Below, one piece after another: positions 17,293 to 26,858 of a stretch of 40,641 bases of DNA (positions are counted from its first letter, which is position 1; each line of letters begins with the position of its first letter). The position numbers were made by a program, and so were the translations under genes. This DNA is from Candidatus Nezhaarchaeota archaeon WYZ-LMO8 (GTDB lineage: Archaea; Thermoproteota; Methanomethylicia; Nezhaarchaeales; WYZ-LMO8), in the NCBI GenBank assembly GCA_004347965.1, contig QNVF01000005.1, positions 1-40,641 on the forward strand. The letters are read 5' to 3'. Below the pieces are notes generated by a model. The model saw only the letters and a program-made list of their open reading frames with translations, was not told the origin of the DNA and did no database searches.

Positions 17293-18681
17293 AGAGCCTA
17301 GATCCTTAAGCTTAGCTATTACCAGCTTTATCTTCTTGACGACATCTAAAGCGTCTCTTCCAAATACCCTTATCATGGGTTCCTTGCCTACATCGCCTAA
17401 GTCGTATATTACATCTGGCTCCTCCGTCAACTCCTTAATTGCTTCTCTAGCCCCCCACCTCATGCTTGAACCCTCTTTCATCTTCACTTCTAAGGGCTCT
17501 TTACTTCTATCGAAGGAAGCTACCTTAAAGTTCAGTTCTCTAATGGCCTTAAGTATGGCTTCTGAATATTTTATGTTCATGCAGGCTCTTATTGATGGCC
17601 ATTTCTTATTGACCTCTAAAAGCATAGCTCCTAAGTGCTTTGAAACTCCAAACCTTATTGTTCCTTGAGTCCTGAGGAAGCCTCTTATAGGTCTCAATCT
17701 TCCTTCTACTCCACATACTTCATCAGGTGACGTTGGGTTTCTAAGGCACATAACGATGTTCACGCCGACCTCAGGAGTTAGCTCATCTAAGCCATGCATA
17801 GATTCTATAACCTTTAGGGCCTCGTACATCTCCTCAAAAACTTTAACAAAATCTAGGGATTTGTAGTAGAGCTCAAGTGGATTAGCAATTTTCACCTCTC
17901 CTCTTAGCTTGTAAGAGCCTCTAACTACGTAATCCATGAGTAGGGAGGCTTTTGTAAAGGCATCAGTTAAGCTAAATCCATGAGCAATTAGGGCAGCTAG
18001 AGAGGATGCAAAGACACATCCTAGTCCATGAAAGGGACCCTCTAGGAAACGTTCTTTCTCGATGATTAGGATGTCACCTTGATGATAGAGGATGTCGAAA
18101 GCTTTTTGAGATGCTAAATGCCCTCCTTTTATGATTATAGACTTTGCACCCAGATCAGCTATCCTTCTAGCAGCCTCTTTAGCAGATTCTAAGTCGTGAA
18201 CGTCGACCTTACTCAATGAGCTTGCCTCTAGCGCGTTAAGCGTTACAACAGTTGATCTGGGAAGTAGTAAGTCGATGAGTGATTTTAAGCCCTCAGTCGT
18301 TATTAAGTCATGTCCGTCCCAGCTCTTAAGTATGAGGTCTAAGACTATTGGCACTTCTCTTGGCAGCTCTTCAGCAAGTACTTCAACGGTGCTACTCGTA
18401 TAAACCAAGCTTACTTTAGCTACTTGAGGGGTGCAATCTTCAAGTATTGCTTTGAGCTGTAGTCTTACAAGCTCTTGAGGGAAGGGTACAACCCCCTTTA
18501 CACCACTAGAATTCTCGATAACTATGCATGTCGCCAAAGCTAGGGGTAGAATCTTCATCATGCTTAATGTCTTTATGTCGGCATAGAGACCTGCCCCCGT
18601 GATGGGGTCAAGACCTCCTACTGCTAGAGCATGCTTAGGTTCAAGGAAGCTTAGTTCTCTCATAAATTGCAAAGATAACAC
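17275..18681 (-). CDS. thiDN: Bifunctional HMP(-P) kinase / thiamine-phosphate synthase ThiDN
   Basis: D..TGAG..ADIKT, IKGGH, HG.GC.FAS in the kinase part; PEVGVN, FGVSKH, FDRSKEP, D.G.VGKEPM in the ThiN part. Confidence 0.88.
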   Translation of the reverse strand: MLSLQFMRELSFLEPKHALAVGGLDPITGAGLYADIKTLSMMKILPLALATCIVIENSSGVKGVVPFPQELVRLQLKAILEDCTPQVAKVSLVYTSSTVEVLAEELPREVPIVLDLILKSWDGHDLITTEGLKSLIDLLLPRSTVVTLNALEASSLSKVDVHDLESAKEAARRIADLGAKSIIIKGGHLASQKAFDILYHQGDILIIEKERFLEGPFHGLGCVFASSLAALIAHGFSLTDAFTKASLLMDYVVRGSYKLRGEVKIANPLELYYKSLDFVKVFEEMYEALKVIESMHGLDELTPEVGVNIVMCLRNPTSPDEVCGVEGRLRPIRGFLRTQGTIRFGVSKHLGAMLLEVNKKWPSIRACMNIKYSEAILKAIRELNFKVASFDRSKEPLEVKMKEGSSMRWGAREAIKELTEEPDVIYDLGDVGKEPMIRVFGRDALDVVKKIKLVIAKLKDLGSLKESS

Positions 18682-18722
18682 CTTCTAGTGAAACTTTAAA
18701 GCATCAGCTTTAAGTAGTTAAC

Positions 18723-19484
18723 GTGAGAGAAGGAGTTGATGATGAGGCTCAAAAGGGCGGACTTCATGGGATGAAGAACCCACGCAGGACTGAATTGAAC
18801 TTATCTACATGCAAAGGAGTACTACTTGATTTAGGTGGCACTTTAATTTACGGTCCAAGCATTAGAGAGATCTTCGTTAAAAGTCTTCATAGTGAGAGCT
18901 TAAATCTTAAGATAGATGAGAGCGCTAAAAAAGGGCTCTCCATCACGTTTGAGAGAATTTATGATGGATTGAAGGTGATCAAAAGAAAGCTGCTAATCGA
19001 GGTTAGCTTATACAGCATTCTTAAAATGGTTCTGGAGGAGAGATTGAAGGCTGATGCAGGATTAATTGAGAGATTAAGAGAGACCCTCCTTAGTCTCTAC
19101 ATAGAAACACGTTCAGCTCATGATGATGCTCGCCTCTTCTTAAAGAAGCTGAAGACGCTAGGTTATAGGATAATGATCGTATCAAACGCCCTTGATCACT
19201 ACATGGCTTTAGGTTCTCTTGAAAAGCTAAAGTTAATCAACTATGTGGATGACGTACTAACCTCAGCTCAATTAGGTATCCGCAAACCACACCCTTTAAT
19301 ATACATAATAGCCATGGAGAAGTTGAAGACCTCCAATGTTGTGTTCATTGGAGATGATGTTGAAGCGGATGTTCTAGGACCTTTAAGAGTTGGAATACCT
19401 GCGATACACGTAGTTAGGAAAGGTGTGAGGCTTAAGAGGAGCTTAAGTACCCTCTCCGATGTTCTCGATATGATTTTAACCTAG
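18723..19484 (+). CDS. HAD-superfamily hydrolase (subfamily IA); true start probably downstream
   Basis: LLDLGGTL, IVSN, RKPHP.IY, FIGDD...DV.GP...GI. Confidence 0.88.
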   Translation: MREGVDDEAQKGGLHGMKNPRRTELNLSTCKGVLLDLGGTLIYGPSIREIFVKSLHSESLNLKIDESAKKGLSITFERIYDGLKVIKRKLLIEVSLYSILKMVLEERLKADAGLIERLRETLLSLYIETRSAHDDARLFLKKLKTLGYRIMIVSNALDHYMALGSLEKLKLINYVDDVLTSAQLGIRKPHPLIYIIAMEKLKTSNVVFIGDDVEADVLGPLRVGIPAIHVVRKGVRLKRSLSTLSDVLDMILT

Positions 19485-19519
19485 CTTGTAATATAGAATT
19501 GAGATGTGGAGGGTAGGAG

Positions 19520-20878
19520 ATGACCTCAAAGGTTATGCCCATCAGCCGCTTTGAAAGGGTAGGTGCTCACAGCCACATAAAGGGTCTTGGAGTTAGAGAC
19601 GGTAAGGCTCTCCCAGTAGCTGACGGTATGGTTGGACAGATCGAGGCTAGAGAGGCAGCAGCAATAGTTGTTGACATGATCAGAAGGGGGAAGATGGCTG
19701 GGCGAGGTATACTGCTTGTAGGTCCTCCTGGTTCGGGGAAGACAGCGTTGGCCTCTGCTATAGCTAAAGAGTTGGGAGAGGACGTTCCATTCATAGCGAT
19801 ATCGGCTTCAGAAGTTTACTCAACGGAGTTAAAGAAGTCGGAGTTCATAATGCAAGCTCTTAGAAAAGCAATAGGTGTCCGCATTAGAGAGATAAGAAAG
19901 ATCTACGAGGGTATGGTAACGGAGCTTGAAATCAAGACTGGCAAGAGCCCCTACAATCCTTATCAGCAAGTTCCTGTAGGTGCCAAGATAAGGTTAAAGA
20001 CGAAGCTCGAAGAGAAGACGTTTAATGTTGACGAAGCCGTAGCTATGGAGCTTATAGGTAAGGGAGTTCAAGTGGGAGACGTTATATGGATTGATGCTGA
20101 AACTGGAAGGATCACAAGACTAGGAAGGTGTGAGGAAGTACCATCAGAATACAAGTACGATATCGAAGTCTCACAAAAAGTTCCCTTGCCTCGCGGACCC
20201 ATATCTACAGAAAAAGAGTTCATCCATACCATCACGCTACATCAGCTTGATGTGAGTTATGCTAGGAGTACTAGTTCAAGCATCTTCAGCCTATTGTTTG
20301 GAGGAAGAGAGGATAAAGAGATACCACCTGAAGAGAGACAAAGAGTTGATAGGATGGTTAAGGAGTGGGTTGACGAGGGTAGAGCAGAGATAATACCAGG
20401 AGTCCTGTTTATAGATGACGTCCACATGCTTGATCTAGAGTCCTTCGCGTACCTAGGTAGAGCTATGGAAAGCGAGTTAGCACCAATAATAGTTCTAGCA
20501 ACCAATAGAGGCATGGCTAAGATAAGAGGCACTGATATAGAGGCCCCTCACGGAGTACCGCTTGATTTATTGGACAGGCTGCTAATCATAAAGATGAGAC
20601 CTTACACCGAAGACGAAGTTAAAGAAATATTAAAGGTGAGGGCGAAGGAGGAAGGGGTAAAGCTAAGTGACGATGCCTTAGAGGTCTTGACTAAAATAGG
20701 TGTTGAGAGTTCTCTGAGGTACGCAGTTCAACTTCTTGCACCAGCTCTTGAAATAGCTAAGTATCAAGGTAGAGACGTTGTGACGAGTGAGGATGTTAAG
20801 CGTGCTTGTGAGATGTTCATTGACGTTAAGAAGTCAGTGAGCTATCTGAAGAAGTACGAAGAAATGTTCCTTAAGTAA
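19520..20878 (+). CDS. TIP49/RuvB-like AAA+ ATPase
   Basis: GAHSHIKGLG, GPPGSGKT, PGVLFIDDVHMLD, ATNRG, PHGVPLDLLDR. Confidence 0.95.
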   Translation: MTSKVMPISRFERVGAHSHIKGLGVRDGKALPVADGMVGQIEAREAAAIVVDMIRRGKMAGRGILLVGPPGSGKTALASAIAKELGEDVPFIAISASEVYSTELKKSEFIMQALRKAIGVRIREIRKIYEGMVTELEIKTGKSPYNPYQQVPVGAKIRLKTKLEEKTFNVDEAVAMELIGKGVQVGDVIWIDAETGRITRLGRCEEVPSEYKYDIEVSQKVPLPRGPISTEKEFIHTITLHQLDVSYARSTSSSIFSLLFGGREDKEIPPEERQRVDRMVKEWVDEGRAEIIPGVLFIDDVHMLDLESFAYLGRAMESELAPIIVLATNRGMAKIRGTDIEAPHGVPLDLLDRLLIIKMRPYTEDEVKEILKVRAKEEGVKLSDDALEVLTKIGVESSLRYAVQLLAPALEIAKYQGRDVVTSEDVKRACEMFIDVKKSVSYLKKYEEMFLK

Positions 20879-21620
20879 CCACTATCTTTTTAAAGTCGAG
20901 AGCGTCATTAGCCATGTTGGTGTTGTTAAATAGCACGTAAACAATTTTGTCCTTCTCGTAGGGCTTAACCCATCTTTCGTACAAATGCCTTAGCTCCTCC
21001 ATGCTGTAGTCATAGACGTAAGCTCTTCTTCCTAAACCATGAAGCCTGTAGTAGATAACTTGACTTAAGGTTGTTGCTAGACTTTGCTTAAACGGGTCAA
21101 CTATGTGAATTATTTCTAGTTTCTCGCAAAGCTTCCTTATAGTCTCAACATCCCAACTATTATGTCTAAACTCTATCCCTATAACCAGTCCTTGAGGTCT
21201 CTCAACGTTGTTCAAAAAGCTCACAACGTTAGAGATGTTTTCGTTAGACTTTATGAAGGAGGGAGACATTTGTAGCACTAAGACCGAACACATCAAAGCC
21301 CTAGCTACTTCTAGGGTTCTCTCCCATGCCTGAAAGTTCTCACGCGTCGGCTTTAAGTGACCATATTTACCGTAATCCTCACTTGATATCTTGAGACCGC
21401 TCTTCCTCCACGTAGGACTTGAAGGTGGATGTGTTAGCGCTTGCCATGCTTTCATAGTATAAATGAAGTTTGGAGGTGCTTCATCCCGCCATTTCTTAGC
21501 AGTCTCTACTGATGGTAGCTTATAAAAAGTTGACTGCAATTCTATGAGGTCAAAGACTTCAAAGTACCTCTTCATTCCACCTTTAATAGCCCAACCACAA
21601 CAACCTATCTTAATGGTCAG
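20871..21620 (-). CDS. DUF72 family protein; proposed CTG start at 21620
   Basis: IKIGCCGW upstream of the first ATG, ELQSTFY, KAWQALTH, EFRH..W, YYRLHG, FNN. Confidence 0.88.
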   Translation of the reverse strand: MTIKIGCCGWAIKGGMKRYFEVFDLIELQSTFYKLPSVETAKKWRDEAPPNFIYTMKAWQALTHPPSSPTWRKSGLKISSEDYGKYGHLKPTRENFQAWERTLEVARALMCSVLVLQMSPSFIKSNENISNVVSFLNNVERPQGLVIGIEFRHNSWDVETIRKLCEKLEIIHIVDPFKQSLATTLSQVIYYRLHGLGRRAYVYDYSMEELRHLYERWVKPYEKDKIVYVLFNNTNMANDALDFKKIVVT

Positions 21621-21699
21621 GGTAAATCACCACTCGTATCTAAAGAAAAGTGTTGAAAGGTTTTAGAAAAACATTTAAGAGAGCATTCTTGAAGAAAGA

Positions 21700-22938
21700 A
21701 TGATGGAGAAGTCAAGTAGCGGTCTCATCATAATAAGCATTGTGGTCTCCATAACTGTTGTCTTAGTGCTTCTACTTGTTGTTTATGGAAATATACTTGG
21801 AACTATTGATAACAACTCTACTACTCTCTTTCGTTATCGATGCAATATTACGATAATAGTTCAAGGGGATGTTAGTGACCTTGAGGACGTCAATCACATC
21901 CTCATCTTCTCAAACACCACTAACCAGATGGTTTTCTTTGAAGACGTTAAGTGCATGATTAATGGCAGGGACGTCATGTGGTATTTAGCGGTTAACGATG
22001 ATGGAAATACCATATTGACATTTGATCTTCCTCAAAGTTCGATAGGAAATGGAAGCACTATGGTAATATGTTTTAGTGCTAAGATAATTCAAAAAGTAGT
22101 AGCCTGTAACTTCTCTATTGATGAGCTTAAGAAAGCTACATTGGACGAAATACCTTTAAATCTTGCAGAGCTTTATTCAAACAATGGCAGTACGTGGCCT
22201 ATCTCTATAGAGATTCATAATCTTTCACATGAACTTGCTGGAGAGAACAGAAATATTTTTGATATCTTAAGTGCATTTTCGAAATGGATTGAGGAGAGCG
22301 TCGCTTACCCCTTAAATCAGAGCGTTAAAGTTGTTATAGGTCCTCAGTTCCCCGAGGAAACTTATAGGATGAGGGTAGGTGATTGCGATGATTGTAGCAT
22401 TCTTTTCACAACAATGTGTAGAGCTTTGGGCATACCATCTTTCATGCAGATAGGTGGGATACCTAACTCAGCATTGAAAGAGGAGGTTGTGAGGTATCAT
22501 GGCAATTACGTTTATAAGTCTAGTGGGATCGGGTGGCATGCATGGAGCATGGTGTACTTTCCTGGTGTAGGATGGGTGCCAGTAGACATAGTGTATTTTG
22601 AGGGTGCAAAAATAGAATTGATACCTGGTGGTCTTGTCTCTATAAAAAGCCCTCTAGGATTGGCTCCTCGAATAGTTTCGTCAGCTTACTTTAAGGTTAA
22701 TCCAATAATTTACGCAAACATTACGACTTTAGACTACATCAAAGGAGTAAGAGCATTGGAAAACGCAATCGCGGAGGGTAGAATTAAGTATACACTTATT
22801 GAGGAGTTAGTGGCCCTGAATTATAGGTTTCCATTACCGATTGAGTTACCATTAATCTTAGGAGGAGTTTTTATACTTGCACTGCTCGTAACCTTCCTTC
22901 ATTTTAAGAGAAGAAAGCGCCTCCTGAAGGAGGTGTGA
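21700..22938 (+). CDS. Transglutaminase-like (papain-fold) surface protein with N- and C-terminal TM helices
   Basis: GDCDD...LF..MCRALGIPS, HAW, W.PVD catalytic triad; many N-x-S/T sequons; C-terminal TM followed by KRRKR. Confidence 0.85.
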   Translation: MMEKSSSGLIIISIVVSITVVLVLLLVVYGNILGTIDNNSTTLFRYRCNITIIVQGDVSDLEDVNHILIFSNTTNQMVFFEDVKCMINGRDVMWYLAVNDDGNTILTFDLPQSSIGNGSTMVICFSAKIIQKVVACNFSIDELKKATLDEIPLNLAELYSNNGSTWPISIEIHNLSHELAGENRNIFDILSAFSKWIEESVAYPLNQSVKVVIGPQFPEETYRMRVGDCDDCSILFTTMCRALGIPSFMQIGGIPNSALKEEVVRYHGNYVYKSSGIGWHAWSMVYFPGVGWVPVDIVYFEGAKIELIPGGLVSIKSPLGLAPRIVSSAYFKVNPIIYANITTLDYIKGVRALENAIAEGRIKYTLIEELVALNYRFPLPIELPLILGGVFILALLVTFLHFKRRKRLLKEV

Positions 22939-24759
22939 GGGGCTGTTAGCTATGCGTAGTTCATAGCTTAACCACCTCGGCATGTACCTCTTTATGAGGT
23001 TCTTTGTGTACCTCCTATCCATTAGGATGGCTACTGCCTCATCAGATGGGCTACGTATCAGTCTACCTACGGTTTGAGCTACTCTCCTCATTGCTGGTTC
23101 TACAAAAACAACTTCATGAGCATTCTCAAAGCCGAGACTTCTCAGCTTCTCGATTTTCTTTAAGTTGTATGGAGTTGGTTCAGGCATAGGCAATCCCACT
23201 ATCACTGCTACTGGCATTAAGTAGCTAGAAATGTCAATACCTTCAGTTAACCTTCCTCCCACCACTGATACAAGTGATGCTCTCATCCCCTTTTCCACGT
23301 AGTCTTTAAAGCGTTCGAACACCTCTCTGCTAGAAGTTCCCCTACCGTCATCAACTAATACTGGTCCAGGTATTAGCTCCTTTAGTCCAGCATTCTTTAG
23401 AGCTTGTAGAATGGTGTATGAGGGGAGGAAAATTCCTAGCCCCCTATCCACAATGCTCCTAATAATCTTCAATTTGTAGACAATCGTTTTGTAGAGCTCC
23501 TCTGACCTGTCCTTGAGGGACGTCGAAATCGAAGGATCGACTATGAAAGCAACACGACCGTACTTCGGCTTAACGTACCTCATGGCTTTGAGGCTTTTAA
23601 GATCTAAATTTAGTATCTTAACAAATTCCTTTATGGGCGAGAGGGTTCCAGACATCAATATTACACCGCGAAACAAACGTACGATTTGTGCGAAGTCGCA
23701 TGTTAACGGCTTAACCTCTAAATGCATTTCGCCGTCAAAATCTAAGTAAGCCCAAATGATGCGATCATCAGAGCATAGCACCTCTCTTAAGAAAGCGTAT
23801 GTTGAGTATGTTGGGCACCTCAAATTAAGACCCTTAACAGCCCTCATCCTAACTATGTCTATAGCTATCCTTCTTAGCTCATTTAGGTATTCAAGAGGAT
23901 TTTTGAAGTACTCAGTTATTGCATTTTGAATATTATCCTTTGTAACTTCAATGCCTTGCGAAGGTCCCTTAGCCACCATGCTTTTAAGCATAGAGCTTAG
24001 GTCTTCAAGAGGTCTTGTCAACTCGATTTCCCTAATAGAAAGTTCATCAATCGACTTGTGCAATGTTGTCTCTCGAATAATTTTTGACTCATATTCGATC
24101 ATAGCATCCACAATGTTATGTGCCTCATCCACTATTGCGACCGTACTCTGTAGCTGTAGTGATCTGAAGTAGGCTCTGTAGACGTTGCGGTTAAAGATGA
24201 AGGGGTATGTGAGGGCTATCACGTTGCAGTATCTCATTAACCTCTTCGCTACAGCTGCTGGGCAACACTTATTCTTAATAGCGTTTTGCGTTATTTCGAT
24301 TGAAGTTAGTAAGTTGAGTTCTCGACTTAAGCTATTAACGCAAGAGTCTATCTTCTCTTGATCTAAGTAGGGGCAAAGATATTCATCTCTCAATACGCGG
24401 CATGCTAAATGTGATAGCTCCTCACTTGCTTCACGAAGGTATGGACAAGAGGATGACCTACCCCTTATGGAGATTCCTCGTAGAACATCTTCATTGTTCT
24501 TCAAGCGTTTCGCTTCTTCGATTACTTTATCGCTTTCATCGTTTGTTCTCGCTAACCATAAAATCCTCTTTGCTAAGTTCCTTTTAAGGGATAGAGCTAT
24601 CCCCATAAGCGAGGCTATGGTCTTGCCAAGCCCACAAGGTGCTTCAAGAATAGCACACTTGCTTTGGACTATTGATAGATACACGATCTTGGCTATCTTT
24701 AATTGTCCTGGTCTTAAGGATGGGTATGGTGAGAGAAGTCTCAGCTCTTCATCAAGCAT
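22858..24759 (-). CDS. XPD/Rad3/DinG-family Fe-S DNA helicase
   Basis: Q-motif LRPGQ, APCGLGKT, Cys cluster (CPY..C..CPY..CCP), VDEAHN, MSGTLSP, EGID, GLPMP, QTVGRLIRS. Confidence 0.92.
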   Translation of the reverse strand: MLDEELRLLSPYPSLRPGQLKIAKIVYLSIVQSKCAILEAPCGLGKTIASLMGIALSLKRNLAKRILWLARTNDESDKVIEEAKRLKNNEDVLRGISIRGRSSSCPYLREASEELSHLACRVLRDEYLCPYLDQEKIDSCVNSLSRELNLLTSIEITQNAIKNKCCPAAVAKRLMRYCNVIALTYPFIFNRNVYRAYFRSLQLQSTVAIVDEAHNIVDAMIEYESKIIRETTLHKSIDELSIREIELTRPLEDLSSMLKSMVAKGPSQGIEVTKDNIQNAITEYFKNPLEYLNELRRIAIDIVRMRAVKGLNLRCPTYSTYAFLREVLCSDDRIIWAYLDFDGEMHLEVKPLTCDFAQIVRLFRGVILMSGTLSPIKEFVKILNLDLKSLKAMRYVKPKYGRVAFIVDPSISTSLKDRSEELYKTIVYKLKIIRSIVDRGLGIFLPSYTILQALKNAGLKELIPGPVLVDDGRGTSSREVFERFKDYVEKGMRASLVSVVGGRLTEGIDISSYLMPVAVIVGLPMPEPTPYNLKKIEKLRSLGFENAHEVVFVEPAMRRVAQTVGRLIRSPSDEAVAILMDRRYTKNLIKRYMPRWLSYELRIANSPSHLLQEALSSLKMKEGYEQCKYKNSS

Positions 24760-24768
24760 TTTTCATCT

Positions 24769-26169
24769 CTACGTCTTTAAGTTCTTGAACAGTATTTCTT
24801 CAACTTCTGAAAGTCTCTCTTTCACGAAGCTTAAGGAGTATTCAAGACTTTCAATCCTCTCAATAAGATTGATCTTTATTTTATCGATCTCGATTTTAAG
24901 AGCCTTAACAGTTGAAGGGGGAGCCATCACTTGAGCTTCTAAGAGTGAGAGCTTATCGAGGAAAGTTTTTGTTAACTGCCTAATTTCGTCGATTTCCTTC
25001 ATCAACATGCTTACGTTGTTTGATGTTTCTCTACGCCACTCATTTAGTTCTTTTAAATCCTCAATGACGCAGGACATGAGAGAAGGATCAAAACTAACTT
25101 TTTCGGCTGATTGAGCTGTTTTCGTATATTGCGCTTCAACTTGATCTTTGGCAACTTTGTTTCTTGGCTCTAAGTTCTCGACCTTGAAGACCTTGATCGT
25201 GACCTTCTGTCCCTTGCTTATGACCATACAACATCCGTTAGGTAATTTCGCTATTTTTCGCCTTTCTTCCTCAGTTAAACCTATGTCTCTAGCCTCCTCG
25301 GTTGTCAGGCTTAACCTGTGGATTACCACGTACTCAGCATTCCTGTAGGTTGTTGAGACTAGTGAGGGTATTTGAGCTATGGCAAGTACCCTCACTCCAT
25401 GCTTCCGAATCTCATCAAGTATAAGCTCGCAGCTTGTGGGAGGTTGATCTGGGCGGCGTGGTAGCAGTAAATTCTGTGCTTCTTCAAGTACAAGCAATTG
25501 TTTCGTAGGGTTGTTGTAAATTAGCCTTAAGACTACATTAGCTACAAGCCTCTTGGCATCGAAGGTAAGACCTGAAAGATCTATGGTGTCAACGTTATCT
25601 ATTGTTAGCGATCCTGAGAAAAGGTTAGCGTAAGACAGAGGTTCAAGTCTTCTTAGTAAAGCGTTCTTTATCTCTCTCCTTGTATCACTCTCAGTTGGAT
25701 ATTTTCTAAGCTTCTCTATTATTTCACTCAAGTTGCTTGAGTCCCTTGCCACTTCAAGAAGCATTGCATATTGAGGTGCTGTAAGCTGGAGGGATGATGC
25801 TAGTGCTTCGCAAAAATCAAGTATTGAAAGTTGGCTTATTGATAGCTCCGAAGGTCTAGCAACTTTACCTAGCAAGTACTCTCCATTCCAGTCTATTATT
25901 AGCTTGGATCCTTTAAACGATCTTACTATCAACCTAGCAGTGTTGGTCTTTCCAGAACCAGTAATGCCAAATATTACTATGTGCTTTGCTACCCTAAGAT
26001 CGAGGTAGAAAGGTAGGAAGAAGTGCCTTGCTCCCAATAAAACCTTTCCTTGTGATGTGAGTTTAATGCGAAGTACTATGGTTAGCGTTAGTAGAGTTAA
26101 GAAGATTATGAGATAGGGGTCTAAGTTGCTTAGCATTGCTTTAGCTTGTAGAAGTGCCTTCATCGTCAT
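24769..26169 (-). CDS. HerA/VirB4-like P-loop ATPase with N-terminal TM helix and C-terminal coiled coil
   Basis: HIVIFGITGSGKT, IIDWNGEY, LVLEEAQ, EIRKHGV, AQ.PS. Confidence 0.82.
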   Translation of the reverse strand: MTMKALLQAKAMLSNLDPYLIIFLTLLTLTIVLRIKLTSQGKVLLGARHFFLPFYLDLRVAKHIVIFGITGSGKTNTARLIVRSFKGSKLIIDWNGEYLLGKVARPSELSISQLSILDFCEALASSLQLTAPQYAMLLEVARDSSNLSEIIEKLRKYPTESDTRREIKNALLRRLEPLSYANLFSGSLTIDNVDTIDLSGLTFDAKRLVANVVLRLIYNNPTKQLLVLEEAQNLLLPRRPDQPPTSCELILDEIRKHGVRVLAIAQIPSLVSTTYRNAEYVVIHRLSLTTEEARDIGLTEEERRKIAKLPNGCCMVISKGQKVTIKVFKVENLEPRNKVAKDQVEAQYTKTAQSAEKVSFDPSLMSCVIEDLKELNEWRRETSNNVSMLMKEIDEIRQLTKTFLDKLSLLEAQVMAPPSTVKALKIEIDKIKINLIERIESLEYSLSFVKERLSEVEEILFKNLKT

Positions 26170-26234
26170 TTGCTTTTATAAACTAAGTTTTAATAAGCAT
26201 AGTAATCAAAGAAGATTGGTGAGGTGAATAGTTC

Positions 26235-26774
26235 TTGGATGTTTTTGAAGCTATAAGAGGTAGAAGGTCTATAAGAGCGTACATCCCATCGGAGATAGGC
26301 TTAGACAAATTGAAGATGATTTTAGAGGCGGCAATATGGGCTCCATCAGCTGGAAACCTTCAACCTTGGGAGTTCGTGGTAATTGACGACAAGGATGTTA
26401 TGAGGCATTTGGCTAAGGCTTCTCTACATCAAATGTGGATGTCCGAAGCATCAGCAATAGTAGCTGTCTGCGCTGATGTAGATAGAACAGGGGCTATTTA
26501 TGGCGAGAGAGGTAGGAGACTTTATGCTATTCAAGATTGTGCAGCTGCAACTCAGAACATGCTGCTTGCATCCTACTCTCTAGGTTTAGGGACATGCTGG
26601 GTCGGTGCATTTTATGAGGAGGAGGTTCGAAGAATTTTGAGGCTGCCAACCAATGTTAGACCTCTAGCTTTAGTTCCTATAGGTCAGCCGGGAGAAAGTC
26701 CTTCGCCTCCAGCTAGAAGGAGTCTTAGAGAGGTCATTCATCACAATGTCTTCGGTAAACCTTGGAGTATTTAG
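26235..26774 (+). CDS. Nitroreductase family flavoprotein
   Basis: RRSIR, APSAGNLQPWEF, QN.LLA...LGLGTCWVG. Confidence 0.93.
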   Translation: MDVFEAIRGRRSIRAYIPSEIGLDKLKMILEAAIWAPSAGNLQPWEFVVIDDKDVMRHLAKASLHQMWMSEASAIVAVCADVDRTGAIYGERGRRLYAIQDCAAATQNMLLASYSLGLGTCWVGAFYEEEVRRILRLPTNVRPLALVPIGQPGESPSPPARRSLREVIHHNVFGKPWSI

Positions 26775-26858
26775 AGATTACAAGTAACAAGTAATAGGCG
26801 TCTTTAATTAGTGGAGAGAGTAAGAAAAATTGTAGCTGAAGCGAAGAAGTGAAGTGAA

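Noticed and set aside
20395..20435. TIP49 Walker B reads DDVH rather than DEVH
   Set aside because: To my knowledge this is common in archaeal TIP49 proteins, so not evidence of inactivation.
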